This document shows, one piece after another, positions 9,824-19,561 of a DNA stretch of 64,000 nucleotides. Made by a program: the position numbers and the translations under genes. Origin of the DNA: Myxococcales bacterium (GTDB lineage: Bacteria > Myxococcota_A > UBA9042 > JABWCM01 > BTVJ01); the NCBI GenBank assembly GCA_045863395.1, contig BTVJ01000018.1, forward strand, positions 1 to 64,000, read 5' to 3'. A model generated the notes under the pieces. That model was not told where the DNA came from, ran no database searches, and was given only the letters and a program-made list of their open reading frames with translations. How positions within the stretch are numbered: the stretch's first letter is position 1; each line of letters starts with the position of its first letter.

Positions 9824-9918
9824 CAGGTCCTCCCGTGCAGCTCGCGCAGGTCTCATCCCACCGGTCCCAAGAGTGCGCTGTGGTCCTTCTCTGACACGCC
9901 GGCTCTCCAGTCCAGAGG

Positions 9919-10536
9919 GTGAGCGTGAACCCACCAATCGAGTTCGTCAACCACCAATTTCCGAGGACCCTGTCGGGGTTCGGAGCCACGCAGGAGCGGC
10001 CTGGCCTCTACCGCCTGCCGCGGACGCTTGCTACTGTGATCGTCGCGGTGCATCGCCTGCCGCGGACGGTGGCGACGCTGCCCGCACGGCTGATGGGCCG
10101 CGGACGCGTGCTCCGCGCGGCACGGGCGGACCTGGCGGCGCTCCCGCCCCAGGCCCCGCTTGTGCTGCCACTGCGAGACCTGCTGGTCCGCTGGCGCATC
10201 GAGCTGCAGAGGGCCAAGGTGCTGACCCCCGACGAGGAGGAGTTCGTCATGGAGACCGAGAGCGCATACGACACCTGGCGAAAGCAGATCCTGCAGCAAG
10301 GGCGTGACGAGGGGCGCACCGAGGGGCGTACGGTGGGGCGCGCCGAAGGCGAAGTGGCAGCGGCGCTCCGAGTGCTTGCCGCGCGCTTCGGAGAAGTGCC
10401 TCCCGCTCTGGTGGCCAGGGCCCGCTCCATCACCGACCCCGTGGCCGCAAGCCGCCTCGTCGACATCGCCCTTCAGGCACCAACCCTCGCCGCGGTTTCC
10501 GCCGCGCTGGCGTCTGCACCTCCCAGTGACCACTGA
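9919..10536 (+). pseudogene. N-terminally truncated Rpn/DUF4351-like (YhgA/transposase_31-related) gene
   Basis: C-terminal QQGRDEGRTEGRTVGRAEG repeats and LAARFGEVP are typical of the family; the N-terminal PD-(D/E)XK nuclease part is not visible. Confidence 0.6.
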
Positions 10537-10825
10537 TCGCATGCCGCAGAGGGAGAAGAGCATGGCGCGATCCCTCCGTTGAGGAGCCGCTGCTGCTCCG
10601 TCACCTCGCCGTCCCGAGGGACGCTGCCGGAGCAGTCTGGACGACCGCCGCGTCAACGACGCCACGCCCCGGAAGTACCCCCGTCGGCGCGCTGCGCTGC
10701 CTCCGGGTGTGCTTCCGGGGCGTCGGGCTGGCTCGCGCTCCTACAGGGGCCGATTCCCGCCGTCTCTGCTCGGGATGACGTCGCCTTCACGCACGTGCGC
10801 CGAGCGCCGTGTGAGACTCGGCTGC

Positions 10826-10856
10826 CAAGGGATCAAGGGATCAAGTGTCAAGGGAT
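10826..10856 (-). repeat. Tandem octamer ATCCCTTG x3 spanning and following the second kinase-FGE stop codon
   Basis: + strand CAAGGGAT at 10826-10833, 10834-10841 and 10849-10856, with CAAGTGT between the last two. Confidence 0.85.
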
Positions 10857-13220
10857 CGACCTGGCGGCACGAAACCCCACGACGAAGTACCGCCCGGCGG
10901 GATCGTTCCTGACGCGGAGCGCCGCACGCACGTTGCGCGCGTCCGCGCCCCAGGAGCCGCCGCGGACCACGCGGTCCGCGCCCGTGGAGCTGCACACGGG
11001 ACCCCCGACGTCGGTCACCGGGCCGGTCTCGTACTCGGCGTAGCAGCCACCGGTCCACTCGAACACGTTGCCCAGCATGTCATACAGGCCATAGGCGTTC
11101 TTCGACTTCCCGCCCGCGGGCTGCGGGCCGCAGCGAGTCACCTGGGGGTTCGCCTTCCACGACCAATCGGAGCAGTCAACTGCACCATCGTAGGAGGGCG
11201 CAGCGTTGTCCACGTACCACGCAAGTCCGTCGAGCACACGCAGGTCGCCCCGCCACTCCCCAGACAGGTCACCCGCATACGTCGCGGTGGTCGTTTCCCC
11301 CCGCGCCGCATGCTCCCACTCCGCCTCCGTCGGCAGACGGTAGCCCTGGCAACCGAGGCCCTTGAACTTCACAGACGTGCAGGTGTAGTCTCCATGGCAG
11401 CCCCGCCCGCCGTTCTCGCTCGACGGGCAACCGCCTCCCAACGTCCCCGTACACCCGCCCAGGTCGTAACACTCCTCCACGCCCTCCGACCGCGACAGCG
11501 CGTTCAGGTAGTACAGCGCCTCCCACCACGACACCCGCTCCACCGGGCACCTGGCCCCACACCCCTTGAAATACGACGGGTTGCTCCCCATCAGCGACTC
11601 CCACTCCCCCTGCGTCACCTCCGTTGCCTTCAGATAGAACGCTCCTCGAAGCGTCACCGGGTGCTGCACCTCCTCGTCGAAACGACTCTCCTCCTTCGTC
11701 GTCCCCCCCGTCCCGTCCGGCGACCCCATCGTGAACGTCCCCTTCTCGATGCGCACGTAGCCCTTCGGTGGAGCCGGGTCCGCAGGGCGCTCCTCCGGGG
11801 GTTCCGGCGTCCTCTGTACCTGCTGCGCGGGCTCCGGCGGAGCTGGCAGACTCTCGGGCGGGCCAACTCTCTCGGCCGGCGCCGAAGATGCCTCGGCCGC
11901 TCCACTCCCCGACGAGTCGCCGCCGGTTCCAGAGGGCTGAGCCAACTTCGTACCCAGCAGAATCAGGCCTGCCCCCACGGCGATGACCGCGGACGCGACC
12001 AGCGCGACTCGCCCCCAGTCCCGGGCCGGCTGCGGATGCGGCGCGGCGCGGTCCGCCGCCTCCCGCCGCGCAGGCTCCGGTGCGGGACCGGGCCGCCGCT
12101 CGGCCAAACGCGCCGGCTCCGGGGATGAGGCCGGCCGATCAGGAGGCCACACGGGGCGCGGCGGAGGAGGCGGGTCCGGCACGAGCTCGGCGACCGGCAC
12201 GGGCGCCGGGGACGGAGGCACCACCCGGCGAATGGCCCCCTGGAGAGCCTGCTGAAAGGCCCGCGCGGTCGGGAACCGCTGCGCCGGGTCCAGGCTCATC
12301 GCACGCTCCACCGCGTCCGACACGCCCGTCGAGACCCGCGCCACCTCCTTCAGCGGTGGCAGCCGCCGCCCAGACTGGCGAACGAGCGCCTCAACCGGCG
12401 TCTCCCCGGCCAGCACCGTCCACAGCGTCGCGCCCAGGGCGTAGACGTCGGTCCGCTCGTCCTGCGGCGCGCGCCGGTCATACTGCTCCGGCGGCGCGTA
12501 CCCCTCCGTCACCACCTCCGACAAGGACTGCGACACGCTCCCGGTCGTGTACCGCGCCGCCCCGAAGTCCACCAACACCACCGGACCGTCACGGCTCACC
12601 ATGATGTTCGCCGGCTTGATGTCCCGGTGGATCAGCACCTTGTCCTGCTCTTCCCGCTTGGAATGCACCGCACGGAGGCCGTCCAGCACCGCGATGCCAA
12701 TGGGGACCGCCTGATCCTCCGGGAGCGGCCCCCTCCCCGCCTGGATGCTCTCGGACAGAAGCGCCTGCAACGTCACTCCCTGCACGTACTCCATCACCAT
12801 GTAGCCGGTGCCGTTCTCCTCGAAGAAGTCGTACACCGTCACCACGTTAGGCGCGCTCTCGAGCTGGGCCACCATCTCTGCCTCGCGGAGGAAGCACCGA
12901 AGCCCGATGCCGTAGGCGTCCGCGCCACCGCGCACTGGCTGCACCGTGACACCGTTGCGGCTCCTCGTCGCCGAACTCCGCGGGTAGTACTCCTTGATTG
13001 CCCGCCGCACCTTGAGCTTGAGGTGTCGCGCCAGGTACGTGATACCGAAGCCGCCCCAACCGAGGTCCCGCCCCACCAGGTACGTCCCCTGCAACACGGT
13101 CCCCATCTCGAGGCGGTTGGCGTCGTCGCTCCCGTCACCCCCGGGCGCCCGGCCGCATCGCTGGCACCGATCCCCCGGCCCAGCCGTCTGGCAGCACTGA
13201 AAGCACACTCTCTCACCCAT
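10848..13220 (-). CDS. Zn-ribbon + Ser/Thr protein kinase + TM + FGE-sulfatase (CLec-fold) domain protein, paralog of 147-2147
   Basis: LGWGGFG, HRDIKPAN, DFG, YAPPE; TM; TEVTQ, PVERVSW, RLPTEAEWEHAAR, YDMLGNVFEW, RVVRGGSW..VGFR. Confidence 0.92.
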   Translation of the reverse strand: MGERVCFQCCQTAGPGDRCQRCGRAPGGDGSDDANRLEMGTVLQGTYLVGRDLGWGGFGITYLARHLKLKVRRAIKEYYPRSSATRSRNGVTVQPVRGGADAYGIGLRCFLREAEMVAQLESAPNVVTVYDFFEENGTGYMVMEYVQGVTLQALLSESIQAGRGPLPEDQAVPIGIAVLDGLRAVHSKREEQDKVLIHRDIKPANIMVSRDGPVVLVDFGAARYTTGSVSQSLSEVVTEGYAPPEQYDRRAPQDERTDVYALGATLWTVLAGETPVEALVRQSGRRLPPLKEVARVSTGVSDAVERAMSLDPAQRFPTARAFQQALQGAIRRVVPPSPAPVPVAELVPDPPPPPRPVWPPDRPASSPEPARLAERRPGPAPEPARREAADRAAPHPQPARDWGRVALVASAVIAVGAGLILLGTKLAQPSGTGGDSSGSGAAEASSAPAERVGPPESLPAPPEPAQQVQRTPEPPEERPADPAPPKGYVRIEKGTFTMGSPDGTGGTTKEESRFDEEVQHPVTLRGAFYLKATEVTQGEWESLMGSNPSYFKGCGARCPVERVSWWEALYYLNALSRSEGVEECYDLGGCTGTLGGGCPSSENGGRGCHGDYTCTSVKFKGLGCQGYRLPTEAEWEHAARGETTTATYAGDLSGEWRGDLRVLDGLAWYVDNAAPSYDGAVDCSDWSWKANPQVTRCGPQPAGGKSKNAYGLYDMLGNVFEWTGGCYAEYETGPVTDVGGPVCSSTGADRVVRGGSWGADARNVRAALRVRNDPAGRYFVVGFRAARSIP

Positions 13221-13498
13221 CTGAATGGCTCCTTGCAGCGCCTGAAGGCTCCGGGCTCGTCTGGCCCGAAGCGGATGCCCACCTCCGCGCGCTGGACCAC
13301 GCCTCGCCTCAGGCCGAGCATGGCCATCCCGCCGGCGTGTGTCAACGGCTTACTGCCCCCCCGGACGCCCCCTCAAGTCCGACCCACCCCGCCCCTCGCG
13401 TGAATTCTCGCAATTTGGGTCTTGCCGCCAGTGACACCTCGGTCCATAGTGGCAGGTCCGGGCGAATGGTGCCCCCGCGCGCATCGAGGAGGGTGGCC

Positions 13499-15562
13499 TT
13501 GACTGGAACCACGCGCATCTGCCTGCGCTGCTGCGAACCGGCGGGACCCACGACGGTTTGCCGCCACTGCGGTGGGAACCCCGCGACCACGGACGCAGAC
13601 GACGCCCTCTGGCTCCCCGCAGGGACCCAGGTAGGCCGCTATTTCATCGGTCGCGTCCTGGGCCAGGGGGGCTTCGGCATCACCTACCTGGCAAGGGATC
13701 TGACCCTCGACACCCGCGTCGCCATCAAGGAGTACATGCCGCGGGACGCCGCCTCCCGCAGCCGGGATGGCCGCACCGTCGTCTCCCGGCCCGCCGAGGT
13801 CTTCATCAAGGGACTCCACGGCTTCCTGGACGAGGCCAGGGCACTGGCGAAGCTGCGCGACGCTCCGAGCGTGGTGACCATCCACGACGTGGTGGAGGCA
13901 AACGGCACCGGTTACATGGTGATGGAGTACCTGGACGGATGGACCCTGGCGGACCTGCTCGGCCACCACGGCGGGCGCCTCCGCTGGTCGCAGACTGCTC
14001 CCATCGCGGTGGCGGTCCTCGACGGTCTCCGCGCGGCCCACGCAGCGGGCCTCATCCACCGGGACGTGAAGCCGTCGAATGTCGTCGTGACCCGCGAGGA
14101 GCAGGTGAAGCTCCTCGACTTCGGCGCCGCCCGGCAGCTCACGGGCTACGAGACCCGCTCCGTCTCCGCCGTGGTCACCGACGGATTCGCGCCGCCGGAG
14201 CAGTATGACCCGCGCACTGTCCAGGACGCCAGAACGGACGTCTACGGCGCGGGAGCCACCTTCTGGACCATGCTGACCGGCTCCCCGCCGCCGCCCTCGC
14301 TCGGGCGTGGGGACGACGACCACACAACCGCGCTCCGCGTCGCCGCGCCGGACGTGCCGCCTCACGCGGCCCAGGCCATCGACCGGGCGCTGCGGGTGCG
14401 TCCCGCGGACCGATTCGCCAGCGCGCGGGAGTTCCAGGTTGCGCTCGGGGGCGAGGCGCCGAAGCCGGACAGCAGGGTGGTCGTCACCGACGGGGAGCGG
14501 GAGCGAAAGGATTCCCGAAGACGCGCAGCGCTGTGGATTGGCGCGGGCGCCGTGGCCGCGGCTGGCCTCCTCGTGATCGGTGCCCTTCTGCTTGGAGACG
14601 GGCTCTGGCCGGCAGGATGGGGATCAGAGCCCCAGGTTGTCGAGGGCGTCGACAAGGGCCCGGTGCCCGAAAAGGAGACACCGCGCACGGTCCAGCTCGT
14701 GAAGTCCTACATCCCGGCAGGACATGACATGGTCGTGGCAGTGGACCTGAAGGGGCTCCTGACGACCGACGCGTGGACTGCGCTCGGCCTGGAGATTGAG
14801 AAGTTCATCGAGGACGACGAGGACGTCCAACGAATGTTCCGTGAGACGGGTATCACACTGAGCACCTTCACGGGGTTCGCCATGGGACTGACGTTCGGTA
14901 GCGAGGGCTTGACCGGCGACTACCGCAATGGAGTCCTCGTTCTCGAGGGCTCTTGGGACGCCCGTCGCCTTCGCACGTTCCTGGTCGACTCGAACGGCGG
15001 GGGTCTTTCAGAGGAGGTCCGCCACGGGGTGCCAACCCTTGTCAACGCGTCGAGCGATACGGGCCTGGCCATGCCGGATGGAGCGCTCATCTTTGGAAAC
15101 CCAATCGCGTCGATGGACAGTGCGGTCCGGGTCAAGACAGGCGGGGCAGCGTCGATCACAGACGACCTGGGACTCCGAACGATTCGGGACCACGTCGACG
15201 AGACCGCGACGGCCTGGGTAGCGATTGCCATTCGACAGGGCAGCCTGGGCGACGTTCCCGAGCCCCTGAGCAACGCAACGCACGCGGCGGCCAGCCTCGA
15301 CCTTCGCACCGGCCTCAAGCTGCGCCTCGCATTGCGCATGGGGACGGCGGAGGACGCCGCTCTCGTCGAGTCGCAGCTTCATCAAGCGTTGGGGTTGGCA
15401 GCCTCCATGGCAGCAGACGTGCCTCGGATTGGCGGCGAGCTGAGCGCGATGCTGACGGGAGCGCGTATCTCATCTCGAGGCCGTGTCTTCCTGACCGAGG
15501 TCTCCGCAACGCCAGAACAGACACGAGCGCTGCTGCGGGAGGCGAGCCGGTCGATGAACTGA
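13499..15562 (+). CDS. Zn-ribbon + Ser/Thr protein kinase + TM + DUF3352-like extracytoplasmic domain
   Basis: CLRCC..CRHC; LGQGGFG, HRDVKPSN, DFG, FAPPE; TM; C-terminal region resembles the N-terminal domain of 3378-4742. Start (TTG after GAGGAGG) is uncertain. Confidence 0.85.
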   Translation: MTGTTRICLRCCEPAGPTTVCRHCGGNPATTDADDALWLPAGTQVGRYFIGRVLGQGGFGITYLARDLTLDTRVAIKEYMPRDAASRSRDGRTVVSRPAEVFIKGLHGFLDEARALAKLRDAPSVVTIHDVVEANGTGYMVMEYLDGWTLADLLGHHGGRLRWSQTAPIAVAVLDGLRAAHAAGLIHRDVKPSNVVVTREEQVKLLDFGAARQLTGYETRSVSAVVTDGFAPPEQYDPRTVQDARTDVYGAGATFWTMLTGSPPPPSLGRGDDDHTTALRVAAPDVPPHAAQAIDRALRVRPADRFASAREFQVALGGEAPKPDSRVVVTDGERERKDSRRRAALWIGAGAVAAAGLLVIGALLLGDGLWPAGWGSEPQVVEGVDKGPVPEKETPRTVQLVKSYIPAGHDMVVAVDLKGLLTTDAWTALGLEIEKFIEDDEDVQRMFRETGITLSTFTGFAMGLTFGSEGLTGDYRNGVLVLEGSWDARRLRTFLVDSNGGGLSEEVRHGVPTLVNASSDTGLAMPDGALIFGNPIASMDSAVRVKTGGAASITDDLGLRTIRDHVDETATAWVAIAIRQGSLGDVPEPLSNATHAAASLDLRTGLKLRLALRMGTAEDAALVESQLHQALGLAASMAADVPRIGGELSAMLTGARISSRGRVFLTEVSATPEQTRALLREASRSMN

Positions 15563-15718
15563 AGGTCCGGAGATCAAGGTTCAAATCGGGGGACAGTCCC
15601 TATCACCAGGCTGGGTTGTGTCCCGAGTGGCTGCGATCTCGATTGCTTGGACTGACGACTTTCGACATGTTGCGGCCCGATCAGCGCGCCAGCCGTGCCC
15701 CTCCAAGGGGGAGGAGAC

Positions 15719-18700
15719 ATGACGATTACATCCGGAGGCACCATGAGCGGAGGCAGACACGCGTCCCGCAGGCGCACCAGCAGACTGGTGCGCACCATCG
15801 CTCCACTCCTCCTGCTCCTCACCCTCCAGTCCTGCGGCCTGACCAGCCTCCGCGTGCAACAGCTCATCCAGGAAGGCAAGCACGACGAGGCGATCCGGAA
15901 GGGGCAGGACTGGCTGCGCTCCACTCCAGTGAAGAATGACCTGATCGGCGAGCGCAACACCGTGATGCGACTCGTGGCTGAGGCGACTCTTCGGAAGGTC
16001 GAGCAGACCCAGTCCATCCCCGCCTACCGGAACTTCCGCCAGACCTTCAAGGACCGCTCGCTCTACGGCGCTCTCATCGACGAGGCCCTGGCGCTGGAGT
16101 CATCCGTCGTTTTCAAGGAAGTGCAGCGGAGCAACTCCATGGTCGCCCACCAAGAGTTCCGCGCGTCCTACCCTGCGTCGCCCCACACCTCCGCGTCTCG
16201 CTCCCAGGAGGTCCAGCTCGCAGCCGCCGAGGCGCGGAGACGGGGCACGGTAGACGCGATGCGCACAGTGCGCGGAGCCTATGGAGACTGGCCCGAGGCG
16301 CGACACACCCTTGCACCGCTCTATGAGGAGGAGGCCCAGGCCGCGCTGTCCGCAGCAGCCGGTACCGGGGATCCGAAGGCCCTCAGGCGCTTTCGTCAGG
16401 TGTACACGGAGCCGGAGTGGCGGTCCGCAAGCGAGGTCCTCGAAGTGGAGGTCGCGACGAACCAGCTCGTCATGTCACTCCGGTCCGGCGCCCCGCTCGA
16501 CCCGGGGCGCCTCGCCGCCTTCCTCGACCAATACGGCGCGGCGGCCGGCGTCGCCGCCACAGCGGCGCTCCGCGAGACAGAGATCTTCGAACTCGCCCGG
16601 CAGACCGACATCTCGGACGCCTGGTACCTGCACCGCAGCCTCTTTCCGGCGAGCGCGCGCACGAACCTCCAGCACGAACGGGACCTGGCGTGGGTGGAGC
16701 TGCAGCAATCGAACACTCCCGCACGCGCTCTCTCGTTCGTCGACCGCTACCCCGACGACCCGCGAGCAGGGGAGGCCGAGGAGATCCACGGGCGCCTGTA
16801 CCGGATCGCCGCGGCATCGCGAGCGTGGCCCCGCGCCACGGTCCAGCGCCAACGCGTGCTCCCGGGCGGAGACGTCGAGCTCCTCGTGGACGTCCGCGAC
16901 TGCCAAGGCCAGCGCGTGAGCGGGCTGACGCGCGATCTCTTCGAAGTCTACGAGGGCTCGTCCAGCCTCACAGTCACAGGCTTTCAGGGTCTGGAGGATG
17001 AGCGACCCCTGGATCTCGTCTTCGCCCTGGACATGTCGGGCAGCATGGAGACGGAGCGCGAGGCGGTCCGGACAGCGCTGCTGGAGTTCGCGGAGACCTT
17101 CCGGTTCCGAAACCGCAACACGCGACTCGGCCTGATCTCGTTCTCCGACCAGGTCGAGGCACAGCCTTCGCTGACGTCGGACCCGACGCAGTTCCAGAGC
17201 TGGATCGCCCGCCTGCCCCCGAACTCCGGCGGAGGGACCGGGGAGGACACCGCCGGGGCACTCGCGCGGGCGGCTACCATGAGCCTGCGCCCGGGAGCCG
17301 AGAAGGTCGTCATCCTGCTGTCGGACGAGAACCTGCAGGTCAACAAGGCGGGCCGCACGGCCCTCAAGATCAAGGTGTCCCCGGAGTGCAGCCGGATCGT
17401 GGACGCCGTCCAGTGCGCCGCGCGCTGCAAGAGCCCGAGCTGCCTGCTCGGCTGCGTCCGGCCCGTGGACGGGCGGGCGAGCGCCCAACTCGCCCGCTGC
17501 ACCAAGCGCTACGGTGCTCGCCCGTGCGCTGCCTGGTATCCCTGGCAGTCCCTCGTCTCGGCCGCGGAGCGATGCGTCGAGGGCCACCGCGACGGAGACC
17601 GCGCCCTGGCGCCGGTCGCGCAGGCGCTGCGCCGCAAGGACGTCCGCCCCTACTTTCTGGTCCCTCCGGTCGATGCGAACACCGGACTTCCAATCAGCGG
17701 CTACTCCACCCTGGCCAGGGAGGTCGGAGGCACCGTCGCCTGGGTGCCGGTGGACTCCCGGTCCCCCGAGCCCTACATCGCGGCCCTCATGGACATCGCC
17801 GACCAGCTCTCCAAGCAATACGTGATCCGCGTGCGTGCCCCCACTTCACCGACGGGCCTCCAGGCGCCCACGGTCGCAGTGCGGCCCGCGCGGGTGTGGA
17901 GCCCCCTCGCCAACGTGGCTCTGCCCCCCCTTGCCGGGCTGTTCCCGCGACCGGGCGGCACCGCGCGATGCACCGACTTCGTCGCGCTGGGCGCCGACGG
18001 CCAGGCGCTGGCGTCTTCCGGCTGCGGTCAGGACTGGGCTCGCTCGGGGAGCGGCGTTGGACCCATCGACCGCGCGGTCGCCACGCGGTCATCCATCGTC
18101 GCAGTCACCCTGGACGGGCGCGCCGTAGAGCTCCCTTTCGACCACACAGCCTCGCTGGCGCCGCTGACCGGCGGCCACGTCCTCGCCCTCTCCCTGACCC
18201 CAGAGGGCACCGTCCTCATGGCCGCCGTACAGGGCACGGGCGCCGAGGTCCTGGCCCGAGCGCGCGGCGCAGGCACGCGCGTGGTCGGCGTCCTCCAGCA
18301 GACACCGGATCCGGGCGGCGGCGCGGTCTTCGGATGGTCCCGAGGAGGGGCCGAAACCATCTGCTACATGCCGAGCCCGTCGCAGATCGCCTGCACGAAC
18401 GACGGCGGACAGAGCTGGTCCGGGGGTACTCCTGCAGGACTGCCACCTTCAGCCTTCGATCAGCGGGTGGTACCCCTGTCCATCGGCGGAAGGCCGGGCA
18501 CCATCCTGCTCCCCCTCGCCGACGGCTCCGTCCACCGTTCCATCGACGGGGGCACCGGTTGGTCCCTCGGCCTGCCTCCAAGCGGGTACAGACGCGAGCT
18601 GCTCGCCATCGAGGGAACCCGCCAAGTGGTCTGCGCCATCTCGCCGGCGAGCGTCGACTGCTCCGAAGACTGGGGCCGGTCCTGGTTCGCTGTGGGAGGG

Positions 18701-19237
18701 AGCTGGGAGGGAGGCGCTACGGCCGCAGCCAGCGGCGCCGACGTCTACCTCGCACAGGCCGGAGGTGTGACGCGCCTCGACCGGGTGGTGAGTCGCGATC
18801 TCCCCTCCAGCGCGGTCTATTTCGCCACGGCCGTCGACGAGCCGTATCCGTCACTGCGGCCGTTCCTGGCGCAAGTGGCGGCCGCACTGGCGGCGGACCC
18901 GACGCTGACCCTGCGCGTCGAGGGCCACGCGGACCAGCGCGGCACCGACGAGGCCAACGATGACCTCGCGCGGAGGCGCGCCGAGTCGGTGGCCCGCATC
19001 GTGGCGTCCCACGGCGTGGACCCATTGCGCATCCAGGTCCTCTCGTTCGGAAAGCGCCGCCCCGTCCGACCCGGCACATCCGCCGCCGACCTGGCCCGGA
19101 ACCGCCGCGTCGAGCTGCTGGTGCTGCGCCGGGCGCCCGTGCGAGGGTGGGACCTCGCCGAGTGCGACGACCAGGCGCCAGAGGACCAGCCTCAGGAGGA
19201 CGAGGCCCCGGAGGACGATGCCGGCGACGACCCGTAG
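15719..19237 (+). CDS. Lipoprotein with helical region, VWA domain, BNR/beta-propeller region and C-terminal OmpA-like peptidoglycan-binding domain
   Basis: Lipobox LQSC; MIDAS DMSGS; S.DGG..W repeats; VEGHAD.RG...N..LA.RRA...RNRRVE. Confidence 0.85.
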   Translation: MTITSGGTMSGGRHASRRRTSRLVRTIAPLLLLLTLQSCGLTSLRVQQLIQEGKHDEAIRKGQDWLRSTPVKNDLIGERNTVMRLVAEATLRKVEQTQSIPAYRNFRQTFKDRSLYGALIDEALALESSVVFKEVQRSNSMVAHQEFRASYPASPHTSASRSQEVQLAAAEARRRGTVDAMRTVRGAYGDWPEARHTLAPLYEEEAQAALSAAAGTGDPKALRRFRQVYTEPEWRSASEVLEVEVATNQLVMSLRSGAPLDPGRLAAFLDQYGAAAGVAATAALRETEIFELARQTDISDAWYLHRSLFPASARTNLQHERDLAWVELQQSNTPARALSFVDRYPDDPRAGEAEEIHGRLYRIAAASRAWPRATVQRQRVLPGGDVELLVDVRDCQGQRVSGLTRDLFEVYEGSSSLTVTGFQGLEDERPLDLVFALDMSGSMETEREAVRTALLEFAETFRFRNRNTRLGLISFSDQVEAQPSLTSDPTQFQSWIARLPPNSGGGTGEDTAGALARAATMSLRPGAEKVVILLSDENLQVNKAGRTALKIKVSPECSRIVDAVQCAARCKSPSCLLGCVRPVDGRASAQLARCTKRYGARPCAAWYPWQSLVSAAERCVEGHRDGDRALAPVAQALRRKDVRPYFLVPPVDANTGLPISGYSTLAREVGGTVAWVPVDSRSPEPYIAALMDIADQLSKQYVIRVRAPTSPTGLQAPTVAVRPARVWSPLANVALPPLAGLFPRPGGTARCTDFVALGADGQALASSGCGQDWARSGSGVGPIDRAVATRSSIVAVTLDGRAVELPFDHTASLAPLTGGHVLALSLTPEGTVLMAAVQGTGAEVLARARGAGTRVVGVLQQTPDPGGGAVFGWSRGGAETICYMPSPSQIACTNDGGQSWSGGTPAGLPPSAFDQRVVPLSIGGRPGTILLPLADGSVHRSIDGGTGWSLGLPPSGYRRELLAIEGTRQVVCAISPASVDCSEDWGRSWFAVGGSWEGGATAAASGADVYLAQAGGVTRLDRVVSRDLPSSAVYFATAVDEPYPSLRPFLAQVAAALAADPTLTLRVEGHADQRGTDEANDDLARRRAESVARIVASHGVDPLRIQVLSFGKRRPVRPGTSAADLARNRRVELLVLRRAPVRGWDLAECDDQAPEDQPQEDEAPEDDAGDDP

Positions 19238-19561
19238 GGGTACGGCGACCGAGAATGAGCCGGGGTGTCTGGGAATCGCCACGCCACGCGATCCACGGTT
19301 CTGCCCCCAGGGGCGCCAGGCCCGCCTCCACCATGAGCGGCAAGCGACCGATCCTGCCGTGGAGCGTCGCCTGGCATGGACCGGTTGCGCTGGCGGGCAT
19401 GCGCGTGACAGCGCCCGAGCTCGGGATGATCCAGCCACCGCCGCCTGCCCCCCGCCCAACCCCACCAACAACCCGCGCCACCCTTCCCGCGACGCACCGC
19501 GTCGTGTATGCTACGCGCCCGTTACCGGGACCAGCGGGGGGAGCGAGGCGCGCGGGTGAGC

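Noticed and set aside
9919..10536. Active IS or transposase
   Set aside because: No catalytic domain, terminal inverted repeats or target duplications were seen.
10720..10750. GTAG-type REP element (minus strand TGTAGGAGCGCG)
   Set aside because: No convincing palindrome follows and no second copy was seen.
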